Source: Eubacteriales bacterium (GTDB taxonomy: Bacteria > Bacillota > Clostridia > Oscillospirales > CAG-272). From it: a stretch of DNA of 59,294 bases. How positions within the stretch are numbered: position 1 is the stretch's first letter; each line of letters opens with the position of its first letter. This document shows positions 6,684 through 16,818 of the stretch, in pieces. The translations under genes and the position numbers were made by a program. The notes under the pieces were generated by a model. It was not told the DNA's origin and did not search any database. It saw only the letters and a list, made by a program, of their open reading frames with translations. The DNA lies in NCBI GenBank assembly GCA_045576795.1, contig JAZNHE010000109.1, forward strand, positions 1 to 59,294, in the 5' to 3' direction.

Positions 6684-7658
6684 ATGAGTAAGAAAACAGA
6701 TTTGACAAAATTCTTTACAAGCCCGATAATTGTTATTCTCGGTGCTATGTTGTGCTGTGCGCTTTGGGGCAGTGCAACACCGTTTATAAAGATGGGCTAC
6801 AAGGTGATGTTTGAGAATGCAAAGCCTGATGTACCGTCTACAATTCTCTTTGCAGGCATACGCTTCGCACTTGCAGGATTTATCACGATTGCTATTTACA
6901 GTATTGCACGCCGCAAGCTTCTTTTACCCAAGCGTTCAAGCTGTGGCAAGATTGCAATAGTAGCCGCATTCCAGACGGTAATACAGTATTTCTTCTTCTA
7001 CATAGGACTTGCCAACACATCGGGAGCAAAGGGCACTATTATTAGCGGTTCATCATCATTCTTCGCAATCTTCATATCCAGCCTTATATTCAGACAGGAG
7101 AAGCTAACTGTCAAGAAGGTGGTTGCATGTGTAGTAGGATTTGCAGGAATTATTGCAGTTAATCTTAACGGACTTGATTTCAATATGAATCTTCTCGGTG
7201 ACGGATTTGTTTTGTTTTCCGCGATGTCGCTGGCTTTCTCATCGGTGCTGATAAAGAAGTTTTCAAAGGATGAGGACCCTGTTGTTATAAGTGGTTATCA
7301 GTTCATACTCGGCGGATTGGTTATGGTGATAGTCGGACTTATTGCCGGTGGCAAAATAGACTACGTTGATGCAAAGGGCATAGCAATTCTCGTGTATCTT
7401 TCATTCCTGTCTGCGATTGCATACGCGCTTTGGGGTATGCTGCTTAAATTCAATCCCGTGTCTAAGGTTACGATATTCAGCTTTATGACACCGGTATTCG
7501 GCGTTATACTCACCAAGCTTATGCTTCCCGAGGAAAGCACGGTAAAGCTTATCAATCTTCTCATATCGCTCATATTGGTCTGTCTTGGAGTATTTATGCT
7601 TAACTATAATAAGCAACCCAAGACCCCCGAGCTGCCGAATGATAAAGAAAGTAAATAG
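6684..7658 (+). CDS. DMT/EamA-family transporter
   Basis: About 10 hydrophobic helices in two EamA repeats (LWGS, RF.LAG, E..T.KK, PVFG). Confidence 0.88.
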   Translation: MSKKTDLTKFFTSPIIVILGAMLCCALWGSATPFIKMGYKVMFENAKPDVPSTILFAGIRFALAGFITIAIYSIARRKLLLPKRSSCGKIAIVAAFQTVIQYFFFYIGLANTSGAKGTIISGSSSFFAIFISSLIFRQEKLTVKKVVACVVGFAGIIAVNLNGLDFNMNLLGDGFVLFSAMSLAFSSVLIKKFSKDEDPVVISGYQFILGGLVMVIVGLIAGGKIDYVDAKGIAILVYLSFLSAIAYALWGMLLKFNPVSKVTIFSFMTPVFGVILTKLMLPEESTVKLINLLISLILVCLGVFMLNYNKQPKTPELPNDKESK

Positions 7659-7684
7659 AGTCGGTTTGTAGTTTTATATTAAAA

Positions 7685-7737
7685 GAGAGCAGATTTACAG
7701 GATGCATTTCTTGTAAGACTGCTCTCCTTATCTTTTT
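7685..7737 (+). terminator. Probable terminator after the DMT gene
   Basis: GAGAGCAG...CTGCTCTC stem with a T-rich tail. Confidence 0.55.
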
Positions 7738-7789
7738 GGATGTATTAAATGCATTTGTGCGTGCTCGCAATATTTTCTCGCGTATTTAA

Positions 7790-7818
7790 TTGACAAACAA
7801 CGATAAATGTGGTATAAT
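7790..7818 (+). promoter_or_regulatory. Consensus sigma-A promoter for the TerB-N/ATPase/helicase operon
   Basis: TTGACA-17-TATAAT, a perfect consensus, with extended TG. Confidence 0.85.
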
Positions 7819-7917
7819 ATCTCGTTAAGAGAAGAAGTGACGGATGGCGTGATTTTTACTAACGCCTTTTCGTCGTTAAATTTCGTTTTTACTTTGTCGG
7901 AGGGGGGCGGTATAAGT

Positions 7918-9561
7918 ATGGATAATAATAAATCCGAGCGAGACGATTTTTGGAATATCGATAAGCTCGTACCTAAAAAAACATCTAAATTATCGCCGTT
8001 TGCAACTCGCCCCGCGGTAAGAGATTATACGGTTTCAGAGCCGGAAAAACGTGGGCCTCAGAACAATGTTGATAATAACGAGGGAAAACTGACGTTTTCC
8101 GATATGAAGGGATTTTCCAATAGTGAGGACGTCACGTATTATCCCGAGAATACTCTTATAAAGAGTATAACCGTTAAAAGATACAAAGAAAAATACGATT
8201 TTTATGACAGCTTTCGCAGAGCGGCATTGATGTATTTTGAGTGTATCGGCAGCAAGTGCGAATTTGCACAGTACTATTCGTATGTGCCGCAGTATTCACA
8301 GCTTACAAAGCCGCAGAGAGATTACTATTTTTATTGGCGCACAGAGCTTCGCTCGGGGAGATATATAAAGACAGATTACTCATATCTGTACCTTTACGTA
8401 TATGAGATAATAAATCTTCCGGACAAGCTGCCGCCCGAGGAGGGAATACGTCTTCTATGCAGAGTCTGGCGAGCATACCGTAAGGACTTGCCGAGGATAG
8501 ATTTGTACTTCTCTTCATGGGTTAGAGATTATTGCCTTGTTCACAATCTCCCATGCCCGTATGACGCGCTGCGCGACTTTCTGTTTGACATTATTCGCAT
8601 CTCAGATTTCAAGGAATATTATTTTACCGAAATAGGCACGGACAGTCGTAACGGCGTATGGACCTTACTCGCATATTTTTCTGATTATGATTGGCAATCA
8701 GGACTCCTTTCCGTTATGAAGAAGTATAACGGTACTGAGGAGCTTGATGAGAAACGAGAAATATACAAAAATATTCTCGAGGGAGCAATGCGAACTATTT
8801 TGCCCACCGTTTGGAAATACTGTCTTTCATATAGGACGGAAGAGAATCTCGCTATTATCTCGCGCAATGCTTTCCGTAACTCTCTATGCACCCATAGTGT
8901 TAAATCGCACCTTGAGATTAAGTATTATCCGTTAGATAAGGTCGCGGATTTGCGCTTAGGAATTACCGCCGCGGTAAGGTATACAGAGAACAAGCTGAGG
9001 GCAGTATTCGGTGTCAAGAGCAGATTATCCGTCAAGGATATTCCGACGCCATACAGAGAGCTTATAGATTGTTATTTTGATGCCTTGATTGAGAAGAACA
9101 AGCGTATAGCCGCAAAGAAGAATCAGCCGGAGTACGAAAGACTTTACGATGCTCCGAGCGAGGAACTATCCTTTATCGGTGCAGATGAGATAGAGCGCAT
9201 TTCCTGGGATACCACTGCGCGCCTTTGCGAAAACAATGAAGATATTGAAAGTGAAAGTATAAACTCGGTAGATGCTGAAAATTATTCTGCCGCAGAATAT
9301 TTACAAGAAAATCCAAATACCGATTGCGCCGTTTCGAATATCAACTACGGTCTTGATAAAGAGGAGCTCATTTTCATCGCATCACTGCTTGAGGGTGTTA
9401 AGACAAGCGATATTTCCTCTGTCGGTATGGTTGAGCATATCAATGAGGCGTTTGCAGATGGCTTTGGTGACGTTGTAATAGAAGAAACAGACAAAGGATT
9501 TGAGATTATTGAAGATTATGTGGAGGATGTTACAGAATGGCTCAAGAAACTAATGAAATAA
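7918..9561 (+). CDS. TerB N-terminal/TerB C-terminal domain protein (Shango SngA-like)
   Basis: FAQYYSYVPQYSQLT..QRDYYFYWR...DYSYLYLYVYEIIN is typical of TerB_N, and C-terminal VEHINEAF.D.FGDVVIE...EIIEDY is typical of TerB_C. Start set at ATG 7918, after GGAGG. Confidence 0.8.
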   Translation: MDNNKSERDDFWNIDKLVPKKTSKLSPFATRPAVRDYTVSEPEKRGPQNNVDNNEGKLTFSDMKGFSNSEDVTYYPENTLIKSITVKRYKEKYDFYDSFRRAALMYFECIGSKCEFAQYYSYVPQYSQLTKPQRDYYFYWRTELRSGRYIKTDYSYLYLYVYEIINLPDKLPPEEGIRLLCRVWRAYRKDLPRIDLYFSSWVRDYCLVHNLPCPYDALRDFLFDIIRISDFKEYYFTEIGTDSRNGVWTLLAYFSDYDWQSGLLSVMKKYNGTEELDEKREIYKNILEGAMRTILPTVWKYCLSYRTEENLAIISRNAFRNSLCTHSVKSHLEIKYYPLDKVADLRLGITAAVRYTENKLRAVFGVKSRLSVKDIPTPYRELIDCYFDALIEKNKRIAAKKNQPEYERLYDAPSEELSFIGADEIERISWDTTARLCENNEDIESESINSVDAENYSAAEYLQENPNTDCAVSNINYGLDKEELIFIASLLEGVKTSDISSVGMVEHINEAFADGFGDVVIEETDKGFEIIEDYVEDVTEWLKKLMK

Positions 9562-10922
9562 AAGTACCTAAGAGAATATTAAACACACTACTGTCATCCT
9601 TGACCGCCGGTGTTGTGCCGCGTATAGGCGCACCGTATATCGCTATAGGCAGACGTGAGGAGATTGCATCCTTGCTCGATAATCTTGATGACGTAAGAGA
9701 TGGCGGAGCCGCGTGCAGATTTCTTATAGGAAGATACGGAAGTGGTAAGAGCTTTTTGATCCAGCTTATACGCGGTTATGCTCTCGATCGCGGATTTATT
9801 TCCGCTGATGCCGATCTTTCACCGGAGCGTAGATTGACGGGCGGCAACGGTGCCGGACTTGCTACGTACAGAGAATTAATGACAAATATGGCAACTAAAG
9901 CCAATCCCGACGGCGGTGCCTTACCCACCATTTTGTCGAGGCACTTTACAGCACTGAGTACAGAGCTTATTTCCGAAGGAATTATGCCTGATGACGCGCG
10001 CTTTACAACCGAGCTTAAGAAAAAGGTATTTATGACGCTCTCCGAGCTTGAGGGGGATGTTGGCGGATTCGACTTTGCCCGTGTGCTTACGGAATATTAC
10101 CTTGCCTCGATAGAGGACGACAGCGATAAAAAGAGCAGTTGCTTACGGTGGCTAAGAGGAGAGTTTTCCACTAAGACGGAGGCAAAGAATGCCCTCGGAT
10201 TTTCGGTAAGCTGCATAATAGACGATGATAACTGGTACAACTTCATCAAGCTGTTTTCGTCGCTATCCGTTACACTCGGATACTCGGGACTCGTTTTGTT
10301 TATTGATGAATGTGTAAATCTATACAAGATTCCCAACAGAATATCGCGAGAGGCGAATTATGAAAAGCTACTTGCAATATTTAATGACACGTTGCAGGGC
10401 AAGGCGAAAAATCTTGCGGTTATATTCGGTGGCACTCCGCAATTTCTTGAGGATACCAGGCGCGGACTTTTCAGCTATGATGCCTTGCGTAGCAGACTTG
10501 CCGATTCCAAGTATTCGGATATGGGGTACAAGAATTTGTCATCTCCTGTTATCAGGCTGCCTCGTCTTTCCGATAATGAACTGCTCGCTCTCGTAAAACG
10601 ATTGACCAAGCTTTATCAACAGCGTGAGGGCACAGCTCTGCCTCCTGTGACGGATGAGCAGATAGAGAAATTTGTTAGACTCGCATTGTCAAAGGCGGGA
10701 GCGGAAGAGCTTATAACTCCTCGAGAGATTATAAGAGATTTCCTAACTCTACTCAATATATTACGTGATAACGAGTCTGCCAACTTCGATGAGCTGATTG
10801 GGGACGTAGCCTTTACCTCCGAGCAAGGTGCGATTGACGCGCATTCGGATGAATCACTCGGTAATGCAAAACAAGGGGCACAGTTGTCCAAAAAAGTAAC
10901 TTTATTCGATATTGATATATAA
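9537..10922 (+). CDS. DUF2791/BrxD-like P-loop ATPase (Shango SngB-like)
   Basis: LSSL.AGVVPRIG..YIAIGR..EI, Walker A GRYGSGKS, ADLSPERRL, Walker B LFIDE, RRGLFSYDALRSRL, TPREIIRDF; overlaps the upstream gene. Confidence 0.88.
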   Translation: MAQETNEIKVPKRILNTLLSSLTAGVVPRIGAPYIAIGRREEIASLLDNLDDVRDGGAACRFLIGRYGSGKSFLIQLIRGYALDRGFISADADLSPERRLTGGNGAGLATYRELMTNMATKANPDGGALPTILSRHFTALSTELISEGIMPDDARFTTELKKKVFMTLSELEGDVGGFDFARVLTEYYLASIEDDSDKKSSCLRWLRGEFSTKTEAKNALGFSVSCIIDDDNWYNFIKLFSSLSVTLGYSGLVLFIDECVNLYKIPNRISREANYEKLLAIFNDTLQGKAKNLAVIFGGTPQFLEDTRRGLFSYDALRSRLADSKYSDMGYKNLSSPVIRLPRLSDNELLALVKRLTKLYQQREGTALPPVTDEQIEKFVRLALSKAGAEELITPREIIRDFLTLLNILRDNESANFDELIGDVAFTSEQGAIDAHSDESLGNAKQGAQLSKKVTLFDIDI

Positions 10923-10936
10923 AATTAAGCAGAACT

Positions 10937-13171
10937 ATGACAAAAGCTGATAGAATTTTTTCAAGATTTCCTGATTTTATCAAGGAATTTATATACCGAA
11001 ACGGTTGGACGGAACTGCGAGAGATACAGCTTGAGGCGGCACGCGTAATATTTGAAACGGATGCAAATCTGCTTCTGTCTTCGTCCACCGCTTCGGGAAA
11101 AACAGAAGCGGCATTCTTTCCCATCATAACCGATGTTATTGAAAACCAAGATATATCCTCATCTGTTTCAGTGCTGTATATAGCTCCATTGAAGTCACTT
11201 ATAAACGATCAGTTTTCAAGACTTGATGAGCTGCTTGACATGACGGGAATACGCGTTACCCATTGGCATGGCGACGTTTCGGCATCGCAGAAGAGTAAGC
11301 TGTTAAAGAATCCGGAGGGAATTCTGCAGATAACCCCCGAATCGCTTGAAGCGATGCTTATGAACAGAGCGAATGACATACCTCGTATATTCGGCAATCT
11401 TAAATATGTGGTAATTGACGAGATACATTCGCTTATATGCCAGGACAGAGGCAACCAGGTCATTTGCCAGCTTTCAAGAATTGCTTCTCTGATAGGTCAC
11501 TCTCCTCGAAGGGTGGGACTGAGTGCGACAATAGGTGATATAGATATAGCTAAACAGTGGCTCGGTGCCGGAAGTGGTAGGGAAACAATAGCGCCCCCAT
11601 CTCCTAAGCAGCAGCTTAAGTGGCGACTTGGGCTTGAGCATTTTTACATACAGAATCCCAATGAACAGCAGACACATATTGAAGACGGAAGGGTAGCCCC
11701 GGACGCCGATAAAGGAGGTCTTGCGGCCCTTGATCCCGGATACGAATATCTCTACGACGCTCTCTACGGTCAGAAGGCATTGGTATTCTCCAACTCCCGT
11801 GAGGAAACGGAATACGTTACCGCAACTTTGCGACAAATATCAAAAGCAAGAGGGGATAAGGACGTATTTCTCATTCACCATGGTAATCTTTCCGCATCGC
11901 TCCGCGAGGATGCAGAGCGTACTATGAAGGATGATGATGTCAGACAGGCTGTTACCTGTGCTACGGTAACTCTTGAGCTTGGTATTGATATAGGCAGACT
12001 TGATCGAGTGGGACAGATGGGCGCACCCACCACTGTCAGTGGATTTTTACAAAGACTCGGTCGCTCGGGTAGAAGAGGAAATCCCCCCGAGATGATAATG
12101 GTTTACAGAGAGGAGACTCCGCTTCCAAACGCGCCCTTGCATGAGATAATACCGTGGGAGCTTTTGCGCGGAATAGGAATAATAGAGCTTTATTCGTCGG
12201 AGCGGTTTATAGAGCCACCAAAGGTGAAAAAGATGCCTCTCAGCCTCGCCTTTCATCAGACCTTGAGTATTTTGTTCTCTCAGGGCGAGCTTACGCCTCG
12301 CGTTCTCGCAGAGAAGGTGCTGTCGCTTCCGCCGTTATCACTGTTAGGTAAGGAGGCGTACCGTTCACTGCTCGTTTCAATGATAAATAGTGAGTATATT
12401 GAAATGATAGAGGGCGGAGGGCTTATAGTTGGACTAAAGGGAGAGCGCCTGTTGAATTCATACAAGTTTTACGCTGTTTTTAAGGATAGCGAGGACTATA
12501 CCGTGAGATGTGACTCGGAAGAAATCGGAACTATCACAACACCCCCTCCCGTAGGCGACAGATTTGCTCTTGCGGGCAGAGTGTGGGAGGTCAAGGAGGT
12601 CGATATTCCTTCACGCCTGATATTTGTCAGAGCGGTTGAGGGAAAGATGGAAATATCCTGGCCCGGTGACAGTGGCGAAATTCACACCAAGCTTCTTCTT
12701 GCTATGCGCGACGTATTGTTCAACGGGAAGGATTATGCATTCCTCGGTGCGAATGCACGCGAAAGACTGAACAACGCTCGCAGAGTGGCGCGTAACGCGA
12801 GAATGGATGCGGAAATGCTTGTATTCCTTGGAGGACAGAGCTACGTTCTGTTCCCGTGGCTTGGCACAAGACCATTTAGAACACTGCGTAGGTTTTTACA
12901 GAAGCATTCCGCACAGCTCGGCATTGCGGACGTCCAGAGTGAAGGTTGTTGTTATATTACCTTTAAGGCAAAACAGGACGCAGGCAAAAATCTCCTATTT
13001 AATATCAGGCAGATTATTGCCAACGAGGGGATAGATACCTATTCGCTTGTAAAAGACGGTGAGTGCCCGGTATTCGATAAGTTTGACGAATACATACCTC
13101 CCGAGCTTTTGCGAGAGGCGTATGCAAAGGATAGATTGTCCTGCGAAGAGGTTATTGAACGCTTTGAATAA
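10937..13171 (+). CDS. Lhr-like DEAD/DEAH-box helicase (Shango SngC-like)
   Basis: GWTELREIQ, TASGKTEAA, PLKSLINDQ, DEIH, GLSATIG, HHGNLS, TLELGIDIG, QRLGRSGRRG. Confidence 0.9.
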   Translation: MTKADRIFSRFPDFIKEFIYRNGWTELREIQLEAARVIFETDANLLLSSSTASGKTEAAFFPIITDVIENQDISSSVSVLYIAPLKSLINDQFSRLDELLDMTGIRVTHWHGDVSASQKSKLLKNPEGILQITPESLEAMLMNRANDIPRIFGNLKYVVIDEIHSLICQDRGNQVICQLSRIASLIGHSPRRVGLSATIGDIDIAKQWLGAGSGRETIAPPSPKQQLKWRLGLEHFYIQNPNEQQTHIEDGRVAPDADKGGLAALDPGYEYLYDALYGQKALVFSNSREETEYVTATLRQISKARGDKDVFLIHHGNLSASLREDAERTMKDDDVRQAVTCATVTLELGIDIGRLDRVGQMGAPTTVSGFLQRLGRSGRRGNPPEMIMVYREETPLPNAPLHEIIPWELLRGIGIIELYSSERFIEPPKVKKMPLSLAFHQTLSILFSQGELTPRVLAEKVLSLPPLSLLGKEAYRSLLVSMINSEYIEMIEGGGLIVGLKGERLLNSYKFYAVFKDSEDYTVRCDSEEIGTITTPPPVGDRFALAGRVWEVKEVDIPSRLIFVRAVEGKMEISWPGDSGEIHTKLLLAMRDVLFNGKDYAFLGANARERLNNARRVARNARMDAEMLVFLGGQSYVLFPWLGTRPFRTLRRFLQKHSAQLGIADVQSEGCCYITFKAKQDAGKNLLFNIRQIIANEGIDTYSLVKDGECPVFDKFDEYIPPELLREAYAKDRLSCEEVIERFE

Positions 13172-13185
13172 TTCAGGAGTTTATT

Positions 13186-13947
13186 ATGATTTACGACTTA
13201 TTAGCGCCCATTTATGATGCGGTTAACGGCGATGTCGATTATTCCGCATGGGCAGATTTTATAGAGAATATAGTCAATAAGGATGGAGGGGATCTTCGTC
13301 CGGAGCTTGTTCTTGACCTCGGATGTGGTACAGGCAGTATGACGCTCGAGCTTGCAAGGCGCGGATATGACATGACAGGAATAGATTATTCGGTCGAGAT
13401 GCTCGACATCGCAAGAGCTCGTGCGGAGGATGAGGGACTTTCCGATAAGATGCTTTGGCTTTGCCAGGATATGCGCGAGTTTGAGCTTTACGGAACGGTC
13501 GACCTTGCAGTTTCTTGCCTTGATACCGTTAATCATCTTACGTCGGTGCAGGATCTTTCAAAATTTCTTGCCTTGGTTCACAACTACCTTGTTCCAAACG
13601 GACTGTTTATATTTGACGTTAATGGCAAATATAAATTTGAGAATGTTTACGGAAATCAATCTTACGTTATGGAATGTGACGATAGCTTTTGTGTCTGGCA
13701 GAATTTTTACAACTGCAAGAACCATCTGTGTGATTTTTATATAACCTTATTCTCCCAAAATCCCGATGGTTCGTATGAACGTTACGATGAAGAGCAGAGA
13801 GAGCGTATGTACACTGTACGCTCACTTAAAAAACAGCTTTTAGGCAATGGTTTTGAATTTTTAGGAGCTTACAGCGACTTTGAATTTTCCGAGGGCAACG
13901 ACGATAGTGAAAGAATTTACGTTGTTGCAAGATGTATAAAGAATTGA
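13186..13947 (+). CDS. Class I SAM-dependent methyltransferase (YqeM-like)
   Basis: VLDLGCGTG, GIDYSVEML, QDMREF, GLFIFD. Confidence 0.9.
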   Translation: MIYDLLAPIYDAVNGDVDYSAWADFIENIVNKDGGDLRPELVLDLGCGTGSMTLELARRGYDMTGIDYSVEMLDIARARAEDEGLSDKMLWLCQDMREFELYGTVDLAVSCLDTVNHLTSVQDLSKFLALVHNYLVPNGLFIFDVNGKYKFENVYGNQSYVMECDDSFCVWQNFYNCKNHLCDFYITLFSQNPDGSYERYDEEQRERMYTVRSLKKQLLGNGFEFLGAYSDFEFSEGNDDSERIYVVARCIKN

Positions 13948-13964
13948 GATTGGAGAATTAAGAT

Positions 13965-14852
13965 ATGGAAAGTAAAAAATCTACAATTTTAAGAGGTATG
14001 ACACAGGACGGCTCAGCCAGACTCGTAGTTATCAACTCCACCGCTATGGTTAACAGTATGCGAGAGGCACATCAAACCACGCCGACTGCAACTGCCGCAC
14101 TCGGCAGAACCATAACTGCGGCGTCTATGATAGGAACTCTTCTGCCGGATGACGGAGATACAGTAACTATTACGTTTTCTGGCAACGGAGATGCAGGAAA
14201 GCTCATTGCTGTTGGTGATTATTTCGGCAACGTAAAGGGATATATAGAAAATCCGCTTGCCAATCCGCCTAAAAGGCCTGACGGTAAGCTTGATGTCGGT
14301 GCGGCGATAGGAAAGGGAACGCTCTCGTTTGTAAAGTCAATAGGTGATAGTGAGCCTCAGACGGGCATGATAGAGCTTGTAAGCGGAGAGGTTGCCGAGG
14401 ATATAGCAACGTATTTCGCTATGAGTGAGCAGGTGCCGACTCTTTTATCGCTCGGTGTTCTTGTGGACAAGGATTATTCCTGTCTTGCCGCTGGAGGCGT
14501 TCTTATTCAGCTTCTTCCGTTTCCGGATGAAAAGACTGTTGATCTGATAGAGCGCAACGCAGTTGCACTGAATAATATATCCAACTGCTTCAGAATGGGA
14601 CTCACCAACGAGCAAATACTTGATATAGCAATGAAGGACATACCGTACGACGTATTCGACAGACTTGAGGTAGAATACAAATGCGATTGCTCCTACGACA
14701 GAATGAAGAAGAAAATTTTAAGCCTTGGTAAAACCGAGGTGAAGAATCTTCTTGATGAGCAGGAAAGTGAGGGTAAGCCACGCGAGCTTACCGCTATATG
14801 TCGTTTCTGCAATCACGAGTACACATATTCAGAAAAGGACCTGCTCGGTTAA
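13965..14852 (+). CDS. hslO: Hsp33 redox-regulated chaperone
   Basis: TAALGRTIT, GKLDVGAAIG, LVSGEVAEDIATYF..SEQVP, AGG.LIQLLP, CDCS...CRFC Zn motif. Confidence 0.95.
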   Translation: MESKKSTILRGMTQDGSARLVVINSTAMVNSMREAHQTTPTATAALGRTITAASMIGTLLPDDGDTVTITFSGNGDAGKLIAVGDYFGNVKGYIENPLANPPKRPDGKLDVGAAIGKGTLSFVKSIGDSEPQTGMIELVSGEVAEDIATYFAMSEQVPTLLSLGVLVDKDYSCLAAGGVLIQLLPFPDEKTVDLIERNAVALNNISNCFRMGLTNEQILDIAMKDIPYDVFDRLEVEYKCDCSYDRMKKKILSLGKTEVKNLLDEQESEGKPRELTAICRFCNHEYTYSEKDLLG

Positions 14853-14923
14853 TTCTGCCGTATAATTATTAACGAAAAGCAATCTTCCGCATATAATACA
14901 CAAGAATGATATTTGAGGTGTGT

Positions 14924-15466
14924 ATGACGGATTTTTTAAGCGATATGAGCATTGCTCAGCACAAGGATTACGTAAGAAATATGAGACTGAAATATTCAAT
15001 ACTTGAAAAGAGTATTCCTAATCTTGCAGGTAAGGACATATCGGATATTCGACGTATGCGCATCCCTTTTTCCGAAAGAGAATACGCGATTTCCTTGCTT
15101 GCCGATATCAGGCTTCATGATATATTCTTTTCGTCATTTTCTCCGACGCCTTATCGACGACTATCTTATGTACAGAGAGGGTATCTTTCAGAGGCATCGC
15201 TTCTTGATGAAATATACAAAAAGGCTACGGGTGTAAGAGGCGGATTTCTCACCGTGGGGATAAAGAGAGGGAAGACGGAGGTCTCTGTTTCGGATGACTG
15301 TGCTTCGCTTTTTGAGAATAAAGCGCCCATTCTTGCAATTGATCTGTGTGAGCACGCATATTTTCTCGATTACGCCTTTTCGAATGAAAAATACGTGGAG
15401 TCGGCCTTGCCTTATCTTGACTTGTCAAGGCTGACAGGAAAAACAAATGAAAATTACGGAGGTTAA
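14924..15466 (+). CDS. Degenerate Fe/Mn superoxide dismutase-family protein
   Basis: IRLHDIFF and PILAIDLCEHAYFLDY match the SOD D-x-W-E-H-A-Y motif with W changed to C; the N-terminus is shortened; GAGGTG RBS. Confidence 0.7.
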   Translation: MTDFLSDMSIAQHKDYVRNMRLKYSILEKSIPNLAGKDISDIRRMRIPFSEREYAISLLADIRLHDIFFSSFSPTPYRRLSYVQRGYLSEASLLDEIYKKATGVRGGFLTVGIKRGKTEVSVSDDCASLFENKAPILAIDLCEHAYFLDYAFSNEKYVESALPYLDLSRLTGKTNENYGG

Positions 15467-15467
15467 A

Positions 15468-16706
15468 ATGTCAATTTTGTATGGAAACGCCGTTGTAGGA
15501 CAGTCCGGTGGACCTACCGCCGCTATCAATGCGACTCTGTCCGGAGTAATACGTGGCGCACTTGATGCACACCGCGATGGAGTGATAGATAAGCTTTTTG
15601 GTATGCGTAACGGAATAGAGGGATTTTTGCGCGAGGATTTTGTGGATCTTTTTTCCGTCTTCAGTGATGAGAAGGATTTAAAAACACTTGAGGCAACACC
15701 TGCCGCCGCGCTCGGCTCATGCCGCAGAAAGATGAAGTCACACGTTGAGGACGCGCCTACTTATGCAAAGCTTCTTGAAATATTCAAAAAGTACAACATC
15801 AGATATTTCTTCTACATAGGCGGAAATGATTCTATGGACACCGTTCTCAAGCTCTCACAGTATGCGAGTGCACACGACTATGAGATGCGCGTAGTAGGTG
15901 TGCCCAAAACGATTGATAACGACCTTATGGCTACCGACCATACTCCCGGCTTTGGCAGTGCGGCAAAATTCGTTGCTACGACTGTGAAGGAGATATTAAG
16001 GGATATAAACGTGTATACGATGAAGGCGGTCACTATAGTTGAAATAATGGGCAGAGATGCCGGATGGCTTACAGCATCATCCGCGCTCGCCTCAACGAGC
16101 GGAGGCGTCGGCCCTGATCTTGTATATCTCCCCGAGAGAGTATTTGACAGAGAAAGATTTATCAATGATGTCAATAAGTGCTTGGAGAAGCATCCGGCGG
16201 TTCTTGTTGCGGTTTCCGAGGGAGTAAGATTTGAGGACGGAACCTATGTCGGAGAGGGAACACAATCCGGTGCAGTTGATGTTTTCGGACACAAATATCT
16301 CGCAGGAACAGGCAAGGTTCTTGAACAGATGGTCAAGGATAGCATTGGATGCAAGGTGAGGTCTATCGAATTAAGCCTTACCCAGAGATGCGCATCTCAT
16401 ATGGCATCGCTCACCGATATAACCGAATCTGTAGAGATAGGAAAGGGAGCTGTAAAATCAGCGATAAAAGGCAGTACGGCGGTTATGATTACTGTTGACA
16501 GAGCTGACAGTGATGAGTATTCCGTTACGGTAGGAGCAGCTGATATAGCAGGCATCGCCAATGCGATCAAGACGGTGCCTGACGACTATATAAATGCGGA
16601 CGGCAACGGAATAACCGATGAAGGAATTGCATATCTTTATCCTCTCATAGTCGGGGAATTGCCTATTGAATATGAGAATGGGTTGCCAAAGCATTTTGTT
16701 ATTTAA
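15468..16706 (+). CDS. pfp: Phosphofructokinase, PPi-dependent type
   Basis: GQSGGPTA.IN, IGGNDSMD (Asp signature), PKTIDND (Lys signature), EIMGRDAGWL. Start set at ATG 15468, after GGAGG. Confidence 0.9.
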   Translation: MSILYGNAVVGQSGGPTAAINATLSGVIRGALDAHRDGVIDKLFGMRNGIEGFLREDFVDLFSVFSDEKDLKTLEATPAAALGSCRRKMKSHVEDAPTYAKLLEIFKKYNIRYFFYIGGNDSMDTVLKLSQYASAHDYEMRVVGVPKTIDNDLMATDHTPGFGSAAKFVATTVKEILRDINVYTMKAVTIVEIMGRDAGWLTASSALASTSGGVGPDLVYLPERVFDRERFINDVNKCLEKHPAVLVAVSEGVRFEDGTYVGEGTQSGAVDVFGHKYLAGTGKVLEQMVKDSIGCKVRSIELSLTQRCASHMASLTDITESVEIGKGAVKSAIKGSTAVMITVDRADSDEYSVTVGAADIAGIANAIKTVPDDYINADGNGITDEGIAYLYPLIVGELPIEYENGLPKHFVI

Positions 16707-16709
16707 TTG

Positions 16710-16747
16710 ATACAGGGCGGACAAATCAGATGTCCGCCCTGTATTTT
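16710..16747 (+). terminator. Terminator after PFK
   Basis: 14-bp perfect stem ATACAGGGCGGACA/TGTCCGCCCTGTAT followed by Ts. Confidence 0.8.
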
Positions 16748-16768
16748 GTCATTTTTTTAGAAAAACAC

Positions 16769-16797
16769 TTGATTTTTTATCTTGTATATGATATAAT
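16769..16797 (+). promoter_or_regulatory. Sigma-A promoter of the metK leader
   Basis: TTGATT-17-TATAAT with extended TG. Confidence 0.75.
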
Positions 16798-16818
16798 CAA
16801 TGAGCAAATTAAATAATG

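Noticed and set aside
9537-13171. BREX system, suggested by the BrxD-like ATPase and helicase
   Set aside because: No pglZ, brxC or pglX; the TerB-domain partner fits Shango instead.
13186-13947. DNA methyltransferase of a restriction system
   Set aside because: No DPPY/NPPY or PC catalytic motif; it looks like the common YqeM-like small-molecule methyltransferase.
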